From assembly GCA_963714085.1 (NCBI GenBank), contig OY970229.1:1024001-1088000 (forward strand): a DNA stretch of 64,000 bases, given 5' to 3'. The notes under the pieces are model-generated. The model was not told the DNA's origin. It saw only the letters and a list, made by a program, of their open reading frames with translations, and searched no databases. A program made the position numbers and the translations under genes. This document shows, piece after piece, positions 18,554 through 27,997 of the stretch (the first letter of the stretch is position 1; the number at the start of each line of letters is the position of its first letter). The stretch comes from an uncultured Candidatus Micrarchaeota archaeon. Lineage in GTDB: Archaea; Micrarchaeota; Micrarchaeia; Anstonellales; Bilamarchaeaceae.

Positions 18554-20134
18554 ATGGCGGAAGAATTCTCGGACGAGGAGAAAAGGCTCCTCGCCCCATT
18601 CGTATCCAATCTAGAGCGGTCTGTGTTCGTGCTGCGCAACCTCCCCGAGGTCGTCAAGGGCGCGCTCTTCTCGCGATATTCGCGCTCCGCCAAGAGCCTC
18701 AGGCGCACGCTGCTCGACGAGTTCGTAAAGAACAAGGACATCGGCTTCGAGCCCGGCGGCCCCGGCTTCGAGGGCGTGGTCGCTACCGAGAAGGCCGAGG
18801 CGTTCTACGACCGCGTGCTGCTGGGCTACGGCGACGATTCCGTAGCCGAGCTGGCCGGCGCGCACATCGCGCTCGAGGACATCTCCATAATCGCCACCAA
18901 AGCGGTGGAGGACGCGCGCATCGGCCTCTCGCCTCTTGAGAAGTCCACGCGCTACGTCTATTTCGACCAGAAGGGCTCGGACGGGAGATGGAGGTATTAC
19001 AGCGACGCGCAGCTGGAGGCTTTCGACAAATACGCCGAGACCTGCGACCTGCTCTTCGAGACCTACGCCAGGTTCATCCCAAAGATCTCCAAATACGTCT
19101 CCGGGCGCCTGGGCGAGGAGGAGAAAAAGGGCCTCAGCGACAGGGCGGTCGAGGCGGTCGTGCGCTCCAAGACCTGCGACATCATCCGAGGCCTGCTTCC
19201 TGCTTCGACAAAGACCAACATGGGCTTCTTCGGGAACGGAAGGGCGTACGAGTACCTGATAACCAAGATGTACGCGGACCCGCTCGCCGAGATGAGGGCG
19301 CTCGCCAAATCCATGCAGGTGGAGCTCAGGACTACGATCCCGTCGTTCGTGAAGCGGCCGGACACCGAGCTCGGGCTCATCATGCAGAATTATCTGAAGG
19401 AGACGCGGCTAGACGGCTCCGGATTCCAAAGCGAGCCGGACGCCGAGGACGTCGTCCTGGTGGATTACGACAAGGACGCGGAGGAGCGCGTCGTCGCGGC
19501 TGCCCTCTATCCGTTCACCCACCGTTCCATGGCATCGCTGATGGCGGACGCCGGGCGCATGGGCGCTGAGCAGCGCGGGAAGATAATCTCGTCCTATTGC
19601 GGCAACCGGCTCAACCGCAGGCACAAACCGGGCAGGGGATTCGAATCCACGCTCTACACGTTCGACGTCTGCGCGAACTTCGGCTGCTACCGCGACATCC
19701 ACAGGCACAGGATGATGACCCAGCAGAGGCAGCTGCTCGGATGCCTGCACGGCTACACGCTCCCGAGGGAGATCGTGGAAGCGGGCTGCGAGGCGGAGTT
19801 CCGCGGCGCCATGGACGCCGCCAAAGAGGCCTGGGAGGCAATGGTCAAAACCCATCCGTACGAGGCGCAATACGTCGTACCGCTCGCCTACCGCATAAGG
19901 TGGCAGATGTCCCTCACGCTGCGGGAGGCGTTCCACTTCTGCGAGCTGCGCTCCTCGAGGCAGGGGCATATAGATTATAGGAGGGTGGCGCAGAGGATGT
20001 ACGAAGAGATGAAGCGCGTGCACCCTTCCCTCGCAAAGCACATGAAGTTCGTGGACATGAACGACTACGCGTTCGAGCGGCTCGAGGCCGAGAAGCAGCT
20101 GGACAGGAGAATGAAGGAGATGGGGCGTGAATGA
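18554..20134 (+). CDS. thyX: FAD-dependent thymidylate synthase, long two-domain form
   Basis: ALFSRYSRS, GYGDDSVAEL, EKSTRY, RDIHRHR, ELRSSRQGH. Confidence 0.88.
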   Translation: MAEEFSDEEKRLLAPFVSNLERSVFVLRNLPEVVKGALFSRYSRSAKSLRRTLLDEFVKNKDIGFEPGGPGFEGVVATEKAEAFYDRVLLGYGDDSVAELAGAHIALEDISIIATKAVEDARIGLSPLEKSTRYVYFDQKGSDGRWRYYSDAQLEAFDKYAETCDLLFETYARFIPKISKYVSGRLGEEEKKGLSDRAVEAVVRSKTCDIIRGLLPASTKTNMGFFGNGRAYEYLITKMYADPLAEMRALAKSMQVELRTTIPSFVKRPDTELGLIMQNYLKETRLDGSGFQSEPDAEDVVLVDYDKDAEERVVAAALYPFTHRSMASLMADAGRMGAEQRGKIISSYCGNRLNRRHKPGRGFESTLYTFDVCANFGCYRDIHRHRMMTQQRQLLGCLHGYTLPREIVEAGCEAEFRGAMDAAKEAWEAMVKTHPYEAQYVVPLAYRIRWQMSLTLREAFHFCELRSSRQGHIDYRRVAQRMYEEMKRVHPSLAKHMKFVDMNDYAFERLEAEKQLDRRMKEMGRE

Positions 20135-21102
20135 TGGCCAAGAAGAACATCTATGTCACCGGAGCTTCGGGCAGGCTGGGCAGGGAGGTCCTCAAGGTCA
20201 TCCCCGAAGCGATACCGATAGTGCGGCAGGCATCTGGGCTGGAAAACGAGATCGTCACAGACTACTCCTTCCACGACCTTGAGCGCATGCTCCGCAACGC
20301 GGACGTCGTCATACATCTGGCGGCGTCCCGCGACTTCCTGGACATGAACAAGGCGCGCGAGGGCAATGTCATACTCACCCAGAGGCTGGCGACCGCGGTC
20401 CCGCCGACGGCCCGCATAATCTTCGCCAGCTCGATATCCGTCTATGGCAAGCATCTGGCGGCGATGCCCGCGGACGAGGCCACGGCCACGCGGCCGGACA
20501 CCCCGTACGCGGAGACCAAGCTCCAGGCGGAGAAGATCGTAGCGTCCAAGCCCGACCACGTGATACTCAGGATCGGCCCGCTCTACGGCCCGGGGTTCGA
20601 CGACTATTTCAAGGTCCTGCGCATGATCAAGGACGGCACCATGCGCGTCATCGGCAGCGGGAGCAACCACATCCCCTTCGTGCATGCGGAGGACGTTGCG
20701 ACGGCCATAGCGGCGGCGGTCTCCGACGGCAGGGGCGTCTACGTGCTCGTGGGCGAGTGCCTCACGCAGACCGAGGTCTATGCGATCGCCGCCAAAGAGC
20801 TCGGAGTCGAGCCGCCTAGGAAGCACGTGCCGACCCTGTTGGCCGCACTGATGGCGCAGCTGTCCCTCATCCGCTCGTCCCTGACCAAGACGAAACCGAA
20901 GTTCATACCCGAAGACATCGCGGTGCTCTCAAGCGACAGGAGGTTCAACTCCTCAAGGGCGCGGAAGGAGCTGGGCTTCAGCCCGAGGCCGCTCGCAGAC
21001 GGGATAAAGGAGATGGTCGCGCTCATGGGGGAGCAGGGTGACAAGGTCAGGCTCGCGCAGATGAAGGCGTTCGGGACGCCCAAGACGCCGGAAGAGGGAT
21101 GA
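20131..21102 (+). CDS. NAD-dependent epimerase/dehydratase family protein
   Basis: VTGASGRLG, SSISVYG, YAETK. Confidence 0.88.
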   Translation: MMAKKNIYVTGASGRLGREVLKVIPEAIPIVRQASGLENEIVTDYSFHDLERMLRNADVVIHLAASRDFLDMNKAREGNVILTQRLATAVPPTARIIFASSISVYGKHLAAMPADEATATRPDTPYAETKLQAEKIVASKPDHVILRIGPLYGPGFDDYFKVLRMIKDGTMRVIGSGSNHIPFVHAEDVATAIAAAVSDGRGVYVLVGECLTQTEVYAIAAKELGVEPPRKHVPTLLAALMAQLSLIRSSLTKTKPKFIPEDIAVLSSDRRFNSSRARKELGFSPRPLADGIKEMVALMGEQGDKVRLAQMKAFGTPKTPEEG

Positions 21103-21152
21103 GCGGCATCTATCCTTATAAACTTCACAGTAAACGTATCTGCGGTGTTGAA

Positions 21153-21830
21153 ATGGGGAGGCGATATCTTCTTGTAGCGCTGCTGGCGGTCTGCCTGCTG
21201 CTCTTCGGTAGCACGCAGACCTACGTGCAGACGTTCGATTCGTCCGGCAATTCCATGATCGTGGAGCAGAAAGACATGTCCAGCTATCTCCACTCCTATC
21301 CCGTGGGCTCCCTGAACAGGCTGGCGGCGGCATGCAGCGCCAGCCCATCGCTCGGATGCTCGCTCAACGGGACGCTCATGACGCTCAGGATCATGCTGGC
21401 TCCGGATAGCGGCTATTACGCGTTCCAGTCGCGCTATGGCCTGCCTTTCGTAACGTCCACTGCGACGGTGGACAAAATCCCGTCCGACCTGTTCGACTCC
21501 GCCCTCAACCAGGTATTCATCGCGACAGACCTCACGAACAGCAGCAGCTCGGCCAAGGCCGTGGACCTCAATGACAAGGCGACGGACGCGCGGCTGTCAA
21601 CCGCCTGGAAATCGGTCGGCATAAACGAGACCTACACCATCGTGATGCCGAACGGATACAGCGAGACCTACGACCTCGTCGCGCTGCTCGCGGACGCCAA
21701 GCCAATGACCATGACCGTGCAGGAGCCCAACCTGGGCGCCATCGTGCTGATCGTCGGCATCCTCGTGCTCGCGGCGTTCGCAGCAAGCTTCTTCTTCACG
21801 AAGCAGAAAAAGAAGAAGGGCAAGCGCTGA
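21153..21830 (+). CDS. Secreted/membrane protein with C-terminal TM anchor and basic tail
   Basis: Signal peptide; C-terminal hydrophobic helix followed by KQKKKKGKR. Confidence 0.75.
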   Translation: MGRRYLLVALLAVCLLLFGSTQTYVQTFDSSGNSMIVEQKDMSSYLHSYPVGSLNRLAAACSASPSLGCSLNGTLMTLRIMLAPDSGYYAFQSRYGLPFVTSTATVDKIPSDLFDSALNQVFIATDLTNSSSSAKAVDLNDKATDARLSTAWKSVGINETYTIVMPNGYSETYDLVALLADAKPMTMTVQEPNLGAIVLIVGILVLAAFAASFFFTKQKKKKGKR

Positions 21831-21904
21831 GGGTCCTATCCGAGAGAAACGGCGACATTTTTAAACAGGGGTTGCCATATCCATAATACACTTCTGTGAT
21901 AACT

Positions 21905-22945
21905 ATGGCAGGCATTGTTGGTTATGGGTCTTACATCCCGCTATACCGGATAAAGTCGTCCCAGATCGCCCTTGTGTGGGGCGAGGAGCCGGACAGGATA
22001 GAGAAGGGCCTCGGCATAATCGAGAAGGCGGTCGGCGGAGTGGACGAGGACGCGGCCACCATAGCCGTGGAATCTGCCAGGAACGCGGTGGCGCGGGCCG
22101 GCATAGACCCCAAGAGGATAGGAGCGATCTACGTGGGCAGCGAGTCGCACCCGTACGCGGTGAAGCCCACGGCCACCGTTGTCGCCGAAGCCCTGGGGGC
22201 AACGCCCAACCTCACCGCAGCGGACCTGGAGTTCGCATGCAAGGCCGGAACCGCCGGCATACAGATGGCCATGGGCATGTGCATGGCGAAGATGATCGAT
22301 TACGGCATGTCCGTGGGCGCGGACACCGCCCAGGGAAGGCCCGGGGACGCGCTGGAATACTCCGCGGCATCGGGCGGCGCGGCGTTCATCGTGGGCCCTG
22401 ACAACGAATCCGTCGCGACCATAGAAGCCACTTTCTCGTTCACGACCGATACGCCGGACTTCTGGAGGCGGCAGGGAGCGGACTACCCGTCCCACGGCGG
22501 GCGGTTCACCGGCGCGCCCGCATATTTCAAGCACGTGATCGGGGCCACGAAGGGCCTGCTGGAGAAGACCGGCATGAACGTCAACGATTTCGACTACGTG
22601 GTCTTCCACCAGCCGAACGCCAAGTTCCCGATATCCGTAGCCGAGAAGCTCGGCATCCCGAAGGAGAAGCTCAAGGCCGGGCTGCTCGTGCCAGTCGTGG
22701 GGAACACCTATTCAGGAGCCTCCATGCTGGGGCTGAGCGCGGTCCTCGACGAGGCCAAGCCGGGCAATAAAATACTGGTCACGTCCTTCGGTTCAGGCGC
22801 TGGTTCGGACTCGTTCGCAATCACGGTCACGGACCGCATCGACCAGGTGCGGGACAAGGCGCCCAAGACGCAGGATTACATCTCGAAGAAGAAGTACATA
22901 GACTACGCGACCTACCTGAAGTTCAGGCGCAAGATAAAGACCTGA
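21905..22945 (+). CDS. Hydroxymethylglutaryl-CoA synthase (archaeal type)
   Basis: [37 protein letters not shown]. Confidence 0.95.
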   Translation: MAGIVGYGSYIPLYRIKSSQIALVWGEEPDRIEKGLGIIEKAVGGVDEDAATIAVESARNAVARAGIDPKRIGAIYVGSESHPYAVKPTATVVAEALGATPNLTAADLEFACKAGTAGIQMAMGMCMAKMIDYGMSVGADTAQGRPGDALEYSAASGGAAFIVGPDNESVATIEATFSFTTDTPDFWRRQGADYPSHGGRFTGAPAYFKHVIGATKGLLEKTGMNVNDFDYVVFHQPNAKFPISVAEKLGIPKEKLKAGLLVPVVGNTYSGASMLGLSAVLDEAKPGNKILVTSFGSGAGSDSFAITVTDRIDQVRDKAPKTQDYISKKKYIDYATYLKFRRKIKT

Positions 22946-22955
22946 ACCAGAAGAT

Positions 22956-23092
22956 TGGGCCTGCGGAGATTTGAACTCCGGACTTCCGCGGGGTTTTAAC
23001 CCCTCTACGGCTAGCCCAGACTCGTCCTAATAACCGTGTATTAGAACGTGCCATATAAGACCGTCGCTCTAACCGAGCTGAGCTACAGGCCC
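22956..23092 (-). tRNA. tRNA-Ile(UAU) with two BHB introns (37/38: 23013-23053, 41 nt; 45/46: 22984-23004, 21 nt)
   Basis: Acceptor GGGCCTG/CAGGCCC, D arm GCTC/GAGC, anticodon TAT at 23057-23055, T arm CGGAG-TTCAAAT-CTCCG; removing both introns gives 75 nt. Confidence 0.93.
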
Positions 23093-23186
23093 AATCGAAC
23101 TCTATGTTGTGGGATAAGTTTAAAATAAAGTCGTCCAAACCTGCCTTATAGCAACATTTATAAACTGATTACGACCTAATACACTT

Positions 23187-23633
23187 ATGAATAACTCACA
23201 TTCAGCCAGAGGCACCCCTCTCGCTCACGGAAAACAGGAAAAACCGCAGCCAGTTACGGGCTGTACGTTCGCCCATGCATATAGTGTTATGGTTCATTTG
23301 GGGCAGCGCCTACCGCCACCTCTAAAACCAGAAGGAAGTGCCTGCCAGGTGAAACCGGTAAAAGCCTCGCCACCCGCAAGCGAAACTTCGACCCATGAAC
23401 CCTTCACGCTTCGCGATGGAAACGTGATCGCTCGCGGTCTGGGGAGATTGGATAGGTGGTCCAAGGAACCCGAGACACCTTCAACGAATCAAACGACCGC
23501 GGGTTCGCTCGAGACAAGTGTGCTAACCGACGATTTGCTCAGGGCAAGATTCAGAAGGATGCATCACAAGCTTCCTAGTGAGTTACGTATTCCTGAACCT
23601 GAAGTTGAACCGGTGGCCTCCAAAGTCGACTGA
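23187..23633 (+). CDS. Hypothetical protein (atypical, AT-richer codons)
   Basis: 148-aa ORF with TTTATAAA ~25 nt upstream; no motif. Confidence 0.45.
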   Translation: MNNSHSARGTPLAHGKQEKPQPVTGCTFAHAYSVMVHLGQRLPPPLKPEGSACQVKPVKASPPASETSTHEPFTLRDGNVIARGLGRLDRWSKEPETPSTNQTTAGSLETSVLTDDLLRARFRRMHHKLPSELRIPEPEVEPVASKVD

Positions 23634-23663
23634 TTTTAAACCGTTCTTCTCATTATTCCTCTT

Positions 23664-24491
23664 ATGTACCGGACGCTTTCAGGCAAGGAGCCGGCAGAAG
23701 CCGTGCTCTCTGAAATCAAGGCGCGCGTGGCGAAACTCGGCAGGAGCCCAAGGCTCGTCATAGTGCAGGTCGGCGACGACCCCGCGTCCACGACTTATGT
23801 CACCAGCAAGCTGAAGAAAGCCGCAGCCGTCGGCATAGCCGCGGAGCTGAAAAAACTCCCCAAAGATGCCGCAGAGAAGGAGCTCATTTCCCTGGTGAAA
23901 GCGCTCAACAAGGACAAGTCCGTGGACGGCTTCATAGTCCAGACCCCGCTGCCGAAGCAGATGGACGAGAAGGCGATACTGGACGCCGTGGACGCGTCGA
24001 AGGACGTGGACGGCTGGACTTCGACATCCGCAGGCAGATTGTTCTCCGGTTTAGACACGTTCGAGCCGGCCACTCCCGCAGGCGTGATGCGCATGCTGGA
24101 TTTCTACAAGGTCCAGATCGAAGGGAAGCACGCCGTAGTGGTCGGCAGGAGCAACACGGTCGGCAAGCCCATGGCGCTCATGCTGCTCGCAAGGAACGCG
24201 ACGGTAACCATCTGCCACTCCAGGACGCCGGACCTCGCGAAACACACAGTGTCCGCGGACATCATAGTGGCCGCGGTCGGGAAACCGGGCCTCATAACCG
24301 CGGACATGGTCAAGGAAGGCGCATCCGTCGTGGATGTAGGAACGACGAAGGTCGGGGAAAAGCTCTCCGGAGACGTGGATTTCGCGGGCGTCATAAAGAA
24401 GGCCAACTGCTCGCCCGTTCCTGGCGGTGTCGGTCCGCTCACCGTAGCGATGCTGATGTACAACGTCCTCAAATCAGCCGAAAGGCGGTGA
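23664..24491 (+). CDS. folD: Bifunctional methylenetetrahydrofolate dehydrogenase/cyclohydrolase
   Basis: VGDDPAS, VQTPLP, KDVDG, GRSNTVGKP, PVPGGVGPLT. Confidence 0.96.
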   Translation: MYRTLSGKEPAEAVLSEIKARVAKLGRSPRLVIVQVGDDPASTTYVTSKLKKAAAVGIAAELKKLPKDAAEKELISLVKALNKDKSVDGFIVQTPLPKQMDEKAILDAVDASKDVDGWTSTSAGRLFSGLDTFEPATPAGVMRMLDFYKVQIEGKHAVVVGRSNTVGKPMALMLLARNATVTICHSRTPDLAKHTVSADIIVAAVGKPGLITADMVKEGASVVDVGTTKVGEKLSGDVDFAGVIKKANCSPVPGGVGPLTVAMLMYNVLKSAERR

Positions 24492-24501
24492 AAATTCCCA
24501 T

Positions 24502-25737
24502 ATGGGACTCGATTTCATAGACGCCAAGCTCGGGAGTTTCGGCTCCAGGCCCGGGCTCGAGCGCATAAGCAGGATAATGGCGGAGTTCGGCAACCCCCAG
24601 GAGCGCATGCGCGTCGTCATAGTGACCGGAACCAACGGCAAGGGCTCGGTGACGTCGTTCATCGCCTCCATGCTCGCCGCGGCAGGGCATAAGACAGGCT
24701 CGTATTTCTCGCCTCATCTTGTGGATTACAGGGAACGCTTCATGCTCAACGGCAAAAAGATCCCAATGGTGAAGCTCGAGAAGTACGAGCGCGGCCTGGA
24801 GTCGCTCTTCGACAAGGGTTTCGAGATGACCGCATTCGAGGCGCTCACCGCCATGGCGTACCGGTGTTTCGCCGACGAGAAGGTCGATTTCGCAGTCATG
24901 GAGGTCGGTATGGGCGGCGAGTTCGATGCTACCGCAATCGCAAAACCTGAAGTCGGGGTCATTACAAACATCGCGCTCGAGCATACCGAATACCTGGGCG
25001 ACACCATAGAGAAAATAGCCAAGACGAAAGCGGGAATCCTGAAAAAGGGCTCCAGATGCGTCACCGGGTGCTCGGGCGAGGCGCTCTACGCTGTGGAGGA
25101 CGTCGCGGCCTCGCACAAGGCCGCTTCAGTGGCCGCCTTGGGAAGGGATTTCTTCGTGGAGCCCAAGGAGATAAGCAGGAAAGGCACGGTGTTCAATTAC
25201 ATAGGCAAGACGCCTTACACGGAGCTCCGGACCAGGCTTCTGGGCAGGCACCAGGTGGACAACGCCGCGATCGCGGTCGCTGCAGTGGAGGAGCTTGATC
25301 CGGAGGTAGGGGAAAAGGCGATACGCAAGGGGCTTCTGGACGCGCAGAACCAGGGCAGGCTCCAGGTGATATCCGAAAAGCCTCTCGTCCTAGTGGACGC
25401 AGCCCACAACCCAGCTGGCATTGGATCCCTGGTCTCCAGCCTCTCGCTTTTCGATTTCGAGCGGCTCATCGTGGTATTCGGCGTCCTTGAGAGAAAAGAC
25501 TGGAAATCCATGCTCGCGCTGCTCGGCCTTCATGCCGACGTCATAATCGTCAACCGGCAGAAGCACGAGGGCGCGGCAGATCCGGATGATATAGTCAAAG
25601 AGGCGTCGTGCTACGCTGAAGCGGTGAAAGTCGAGGACGTGAAGAAGAGCCTGGAATACGCTAAATCCATCGCAGGCCCCAAGGACATGATAGTCGTCTG
25701 CGGCTCCATATACATGCTGGGCGAGCTCCTAGGCTAG
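24502..25737 (+). CDS. folC: Folylpolyglutamate synthase / dihydrofolate synthase
   Basis: VTGTNGKGS, SPHLVDYRER, EVGMGG, DAAHN. Confidence 0.93.
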   Translation: MGLDFIDAKLGSFGSRPGLERISRIMAEFGNPQERMRVVIVTGTNGKGSVTSFIASMLAAAGHKTGSYFSPHLVDYRERFMLNGKKIPMVKLEKYERGLESLFDKGFEMTAFEALTAMAYRCFADEKVDFAVMEVGMGGEFDATAIAKPEVGVITNIALEHTEYLGDTIEKIAKTKAGILKKGSRCVTGCSGEALYAVEDVAASHKAASVAALGRDFFVEPKEISRKGTVFNYIGKTPYTELRTRLLGRHQVDNAAIAVAAVEELDPEVGEKAIRKGLLDAQNQGRLQVISEKPLVLVDAAHNPAGIGSLVSSLSLFDFERLIVVFGVLERKDWKSMLALLGLHADVIIVNRQKHEGAADPDDIVKEASCYAEAVKVEDVKKSLEYAKSIAGPKDMIVVCGSIYMLGELLG

Positions 25738-26481
25738 GCTTCGGAGCTCCTTCGCGTGCCTCACTATGATGCTGTGGATCCCGGAGCCGTACTGCATCGC
25801 CCGCTTGCGGCGCAGGAGCACGATCTCAGGCACGCCGAGGAGTTTGCCCGCCTCGCGTAGCACGCCCTTCTTGAGCGCCTTGTCCTCCATGAGGACCTCG
25901 AGGGGGACCTGCCTCACAAAGCGTTCCAGTTCCTTCTTGTATAGCGGGAACCGCGCCTCTATGCCGAATCTCCTGCACACCTTGCCCATCCAGGCAATCT
26001 CCCTCTGCGCAAGGCCGCTGAACTCGCTCACTAAAAGCGCCTGCAGGTCCTTTCCTTCATCGAGATAATCGTAATAGCGCTTGTAGCCCACGAAAAGCTC
26101 CTCCGCAGCGCTGCCGAAAAGCAGCACGCTGTGGCCGGCCGCCTTCGCAGCCTCGGCGCATTTGTACACCGGGACCAGCAGCTCGACCTTGAGCAGGTCC
26201 CCGGGCACGATCTCATTGCATTTCCGGTATGTCTCGAGCACCGCTTCCTCGCTCATCACGCTCTTATGGAGCGGAAGCCCCAGCAGCCGGGCTGTGTCTT
26301 CGGCATACCTCAGGTCATCGGACCTCTCCGTGCCGCAGGCGAACAGCTCCGTGGCCGCATCCTGCTTCGCGACGGCGGCTATGAGCGTGGAGTCCAGGCC
26401 GCCCGAGAACGCGACCGCCACCCTGTCCTCCAGGCTTTCTGCGATGGAACCGCGCAGGAGCTCTGCCAGTTCTGGAATCAT
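25729..26481 (-). CDS. Asparagine synthase C-terminal-domain-like protein (PP-loop, no glutaminase domain)
   Basis: AFSGGLDS, GSAAEELFVGY, RFP, KRAMQYGSG. Confidence 0.85.
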   Translation of the reverse strand: MIPELAELLRGSIAESLEDRVAVAFSGGLDSTLIAAVAKQDAATELFACGTERSDDLRYAEDTARLLGLPLHKSVMSEEAVLETYRKCNEIVPGDLLKVELLVPVYKCAEAAKAAGHSVLLFGSAAEELFVGYKRYYDYLDEGKDLQALLVSEFSGLAQREIAWMGKVCRRFGIEARFPLYKKELERFVRQVPLEVLMEDKALKKGVLREAGKLLGVPEIVLLRRKRAMQYGSGIHSIIVRHAKELRSLA

Positions 26482-26574
26482 GTTCTTCTGTATCTGGCGA
26501 TGGTTTTTTAATGCGCAGGCGGCGGCTTCGGAAGCAATAAAAAAGAGAGCGCACAACATTAAATCCGCTGTTTC

Positions 26575-26673
26575 GGGCCCGTAGCTCAGCTTGGATAGAG
26601 CGACGCTCTCCTATCTTTTCCTGCATCGCAGGGGGAAAGGCGAAGGTCACGAGTTCAAATCTCGTCGGGCCCG
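26575..26673 (+). tRNA. tRNA-Arg(CCU) with 37/38 intron (26614-26637, 24 nt)
   Basis: GGGCCCG/CGGGCCC acceptor, anticodon CCT 26610-26612, CTCC pairs with intron GGGG followed by AA|A bulge; mature length 75 nt. Confidence 0.92.
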
Positions 26674-26732
26674 TTTCATTTCCTATTTTTCAACCGCGAT
26701 AAGGGATAAAATACCTTTGGCGTGTAATATTC

Positions 26733-27338
26733 TTGAGTTTTATGGAAGCAAGGCAGTTACCTCCAGGCACCAAGGCAAAACCATCTGCTAAAAGGCGGTT
26801 TTTTACACGGGTCCTGCCATTGGTCGCCGGGGCGGCTCTCCTGTGGTATGTACTCAGCCCGAAGTGGGGGCGCGACAAAAACGCAGGGACGAATGAAGCG
26901 ATCGCGGCGGCAGTGGAAAAAGCCAAAAAAATCGAACTTGTTGCTCCTGACAATTGCACCAAGAAAGCCGAGATATACTTCAGGGCTGGCATGGACGCCG
27001 AAGCCGCGAAGGTGGCTGATGACTGCAATGCCATATACCTCGCCCTGAACCTGCCGAAGGTGAGAGTTACCTCCATCGACGTCCAGAACCCGCTCGGCCA
27101 TCTGATTCTCAACTCGCCTCCTGGCGGCTGGAATCTGAAAGGCGTCGATTGGTGGGTCGCGCCCATCACAATATGCCTCAATGCGGGCTTTGACGAAAAG
27201 CTCGGTGATATATTCATGTCGCGCGGCGAGTACTGGCGGGCCGCAAGAGCTTACCATTCCGCAGGAGCCAAGGCAAAGGAAGAATCAGCCCGCCAGCAGG
27301 ACAGGTTGCAGTTTGAGAGGGATAATAAAAAGGAATGA
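26733..27338 (+). CDS. Hypothetical membrane-anchored protein with short helical repeats
   Basis: TM segment VLPLVAGAALLWYVLS; AEIYFRAG and AARAYHSAG helices; start uncertain. Confidence 0.6.
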   Translation: MSFMEARQLPPGTKAKPSAKRRFFTRVLPLVAGAALLWYVLSPKWGRDKNAGTNEAIAAAVEKAKKIELVAPDNCTKKAEIYFRAGMDAEAAKVADDCNAIYLALNLPKVRVTSIDVQNPLGHLILNSPPGGWNLKGVDWWVAPITICLNAGFDEKLGDIFMSRGEYWRAARAYHSAGAKAKEESARQQDRLQFERDNKKE

Positions 27339-27354
27339 ACAATCGAACGGCGAA

Positions 27355-27948
27355 TCACAGCGGCTCCTGGCTGCCCGTCTTCTTGTACATGTAATGCAGG
27401 GCCGCGAGCCCGAACATGCCCACGACCAGTATCACGAGCACTATTATGCCGGACTGGTCCGGGGCTTGTATCGTCCTCTTGGTGACTATGGTCGTCACAT
27501 TGGCGAGCGGAGCCGGCTGGCTGACCTGAGACTGGTTGGCCTGCGGCTGGTTGGTTACGTTTTCCGGAGGCTGCACCGGCCGTGGCGCCGCCTGGCTTGT
27601 ATTCGTAACAGGGGTCTGCTGCGCCTTGCACACGCTCTTATTGCCGCAGATGTTCGGGACGGAGAGCTGGGCGCATTCCGCGCTCCTCTGTGATAATGCG
27701 ACCACAGGGCAGTTTATCACCATGCCGTCCGGCCTGTAGAACGTGGAGCCCGCGCCGGCCACTGACGAGACCGCTTCGACCACGTTGCCGCTGCAGATGT
27801 ACACTGCGGACACGTTGCCCTGGCCGCATTGGACGAGCGACACGTTCGCCGCGAAGCCCGCCCCGTTATCGCCTGATTGGACCTCGGCATGGCACATGGC
27901 CGCGAGGCAGAAAACCATCAACGCCGCTAAAAAGAGCTTTCTCATCAT
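27355..27948 (-). CDS. Secreted Cys-containing protein with C-terminal TM anchor
   Basis: Signal peptide, Cys-rich domain, Pro/Gln stalk, C-terminal TM helix. Confidence 0.75.
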   Translation of the reverse strand: MMRKLFLAALMVFCLAAMCHAEVQSGDNGAGFAANVSLVQCGQGNVSAVYICSGNVVEAVSSVAGAGSTFYRPDGMVINCPVVALSQRSAECAQLSVPNICGNKSVCKAQQTPVTNTSQAAPRPVQPPENVTNQPQANQSQVSQPAPLANVTTIVTKRTIQAPDQSGIIVLVILVVGMFGLAALHYMYKKTGSQEPL

Positions 27949-27997
27949 GTTCCCCTCAATCGGTATATTGAAGACCAAGGATTATAACTTTATTTCT

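Noticed and set aside
22984..23004. Long variable arm implying a Leu/Ser/Sec-type tRNA
   Set aside because: The segment forms a proper BHB and its removal gives a standard 75-nt tRNA with a 5-nt variable loop.
26674..27338. Integrated element at tRNA-Arg(CCU)
   Set aside because: Only one atypical gene follows; no integrase and no duplicated tRNA 3' end found.
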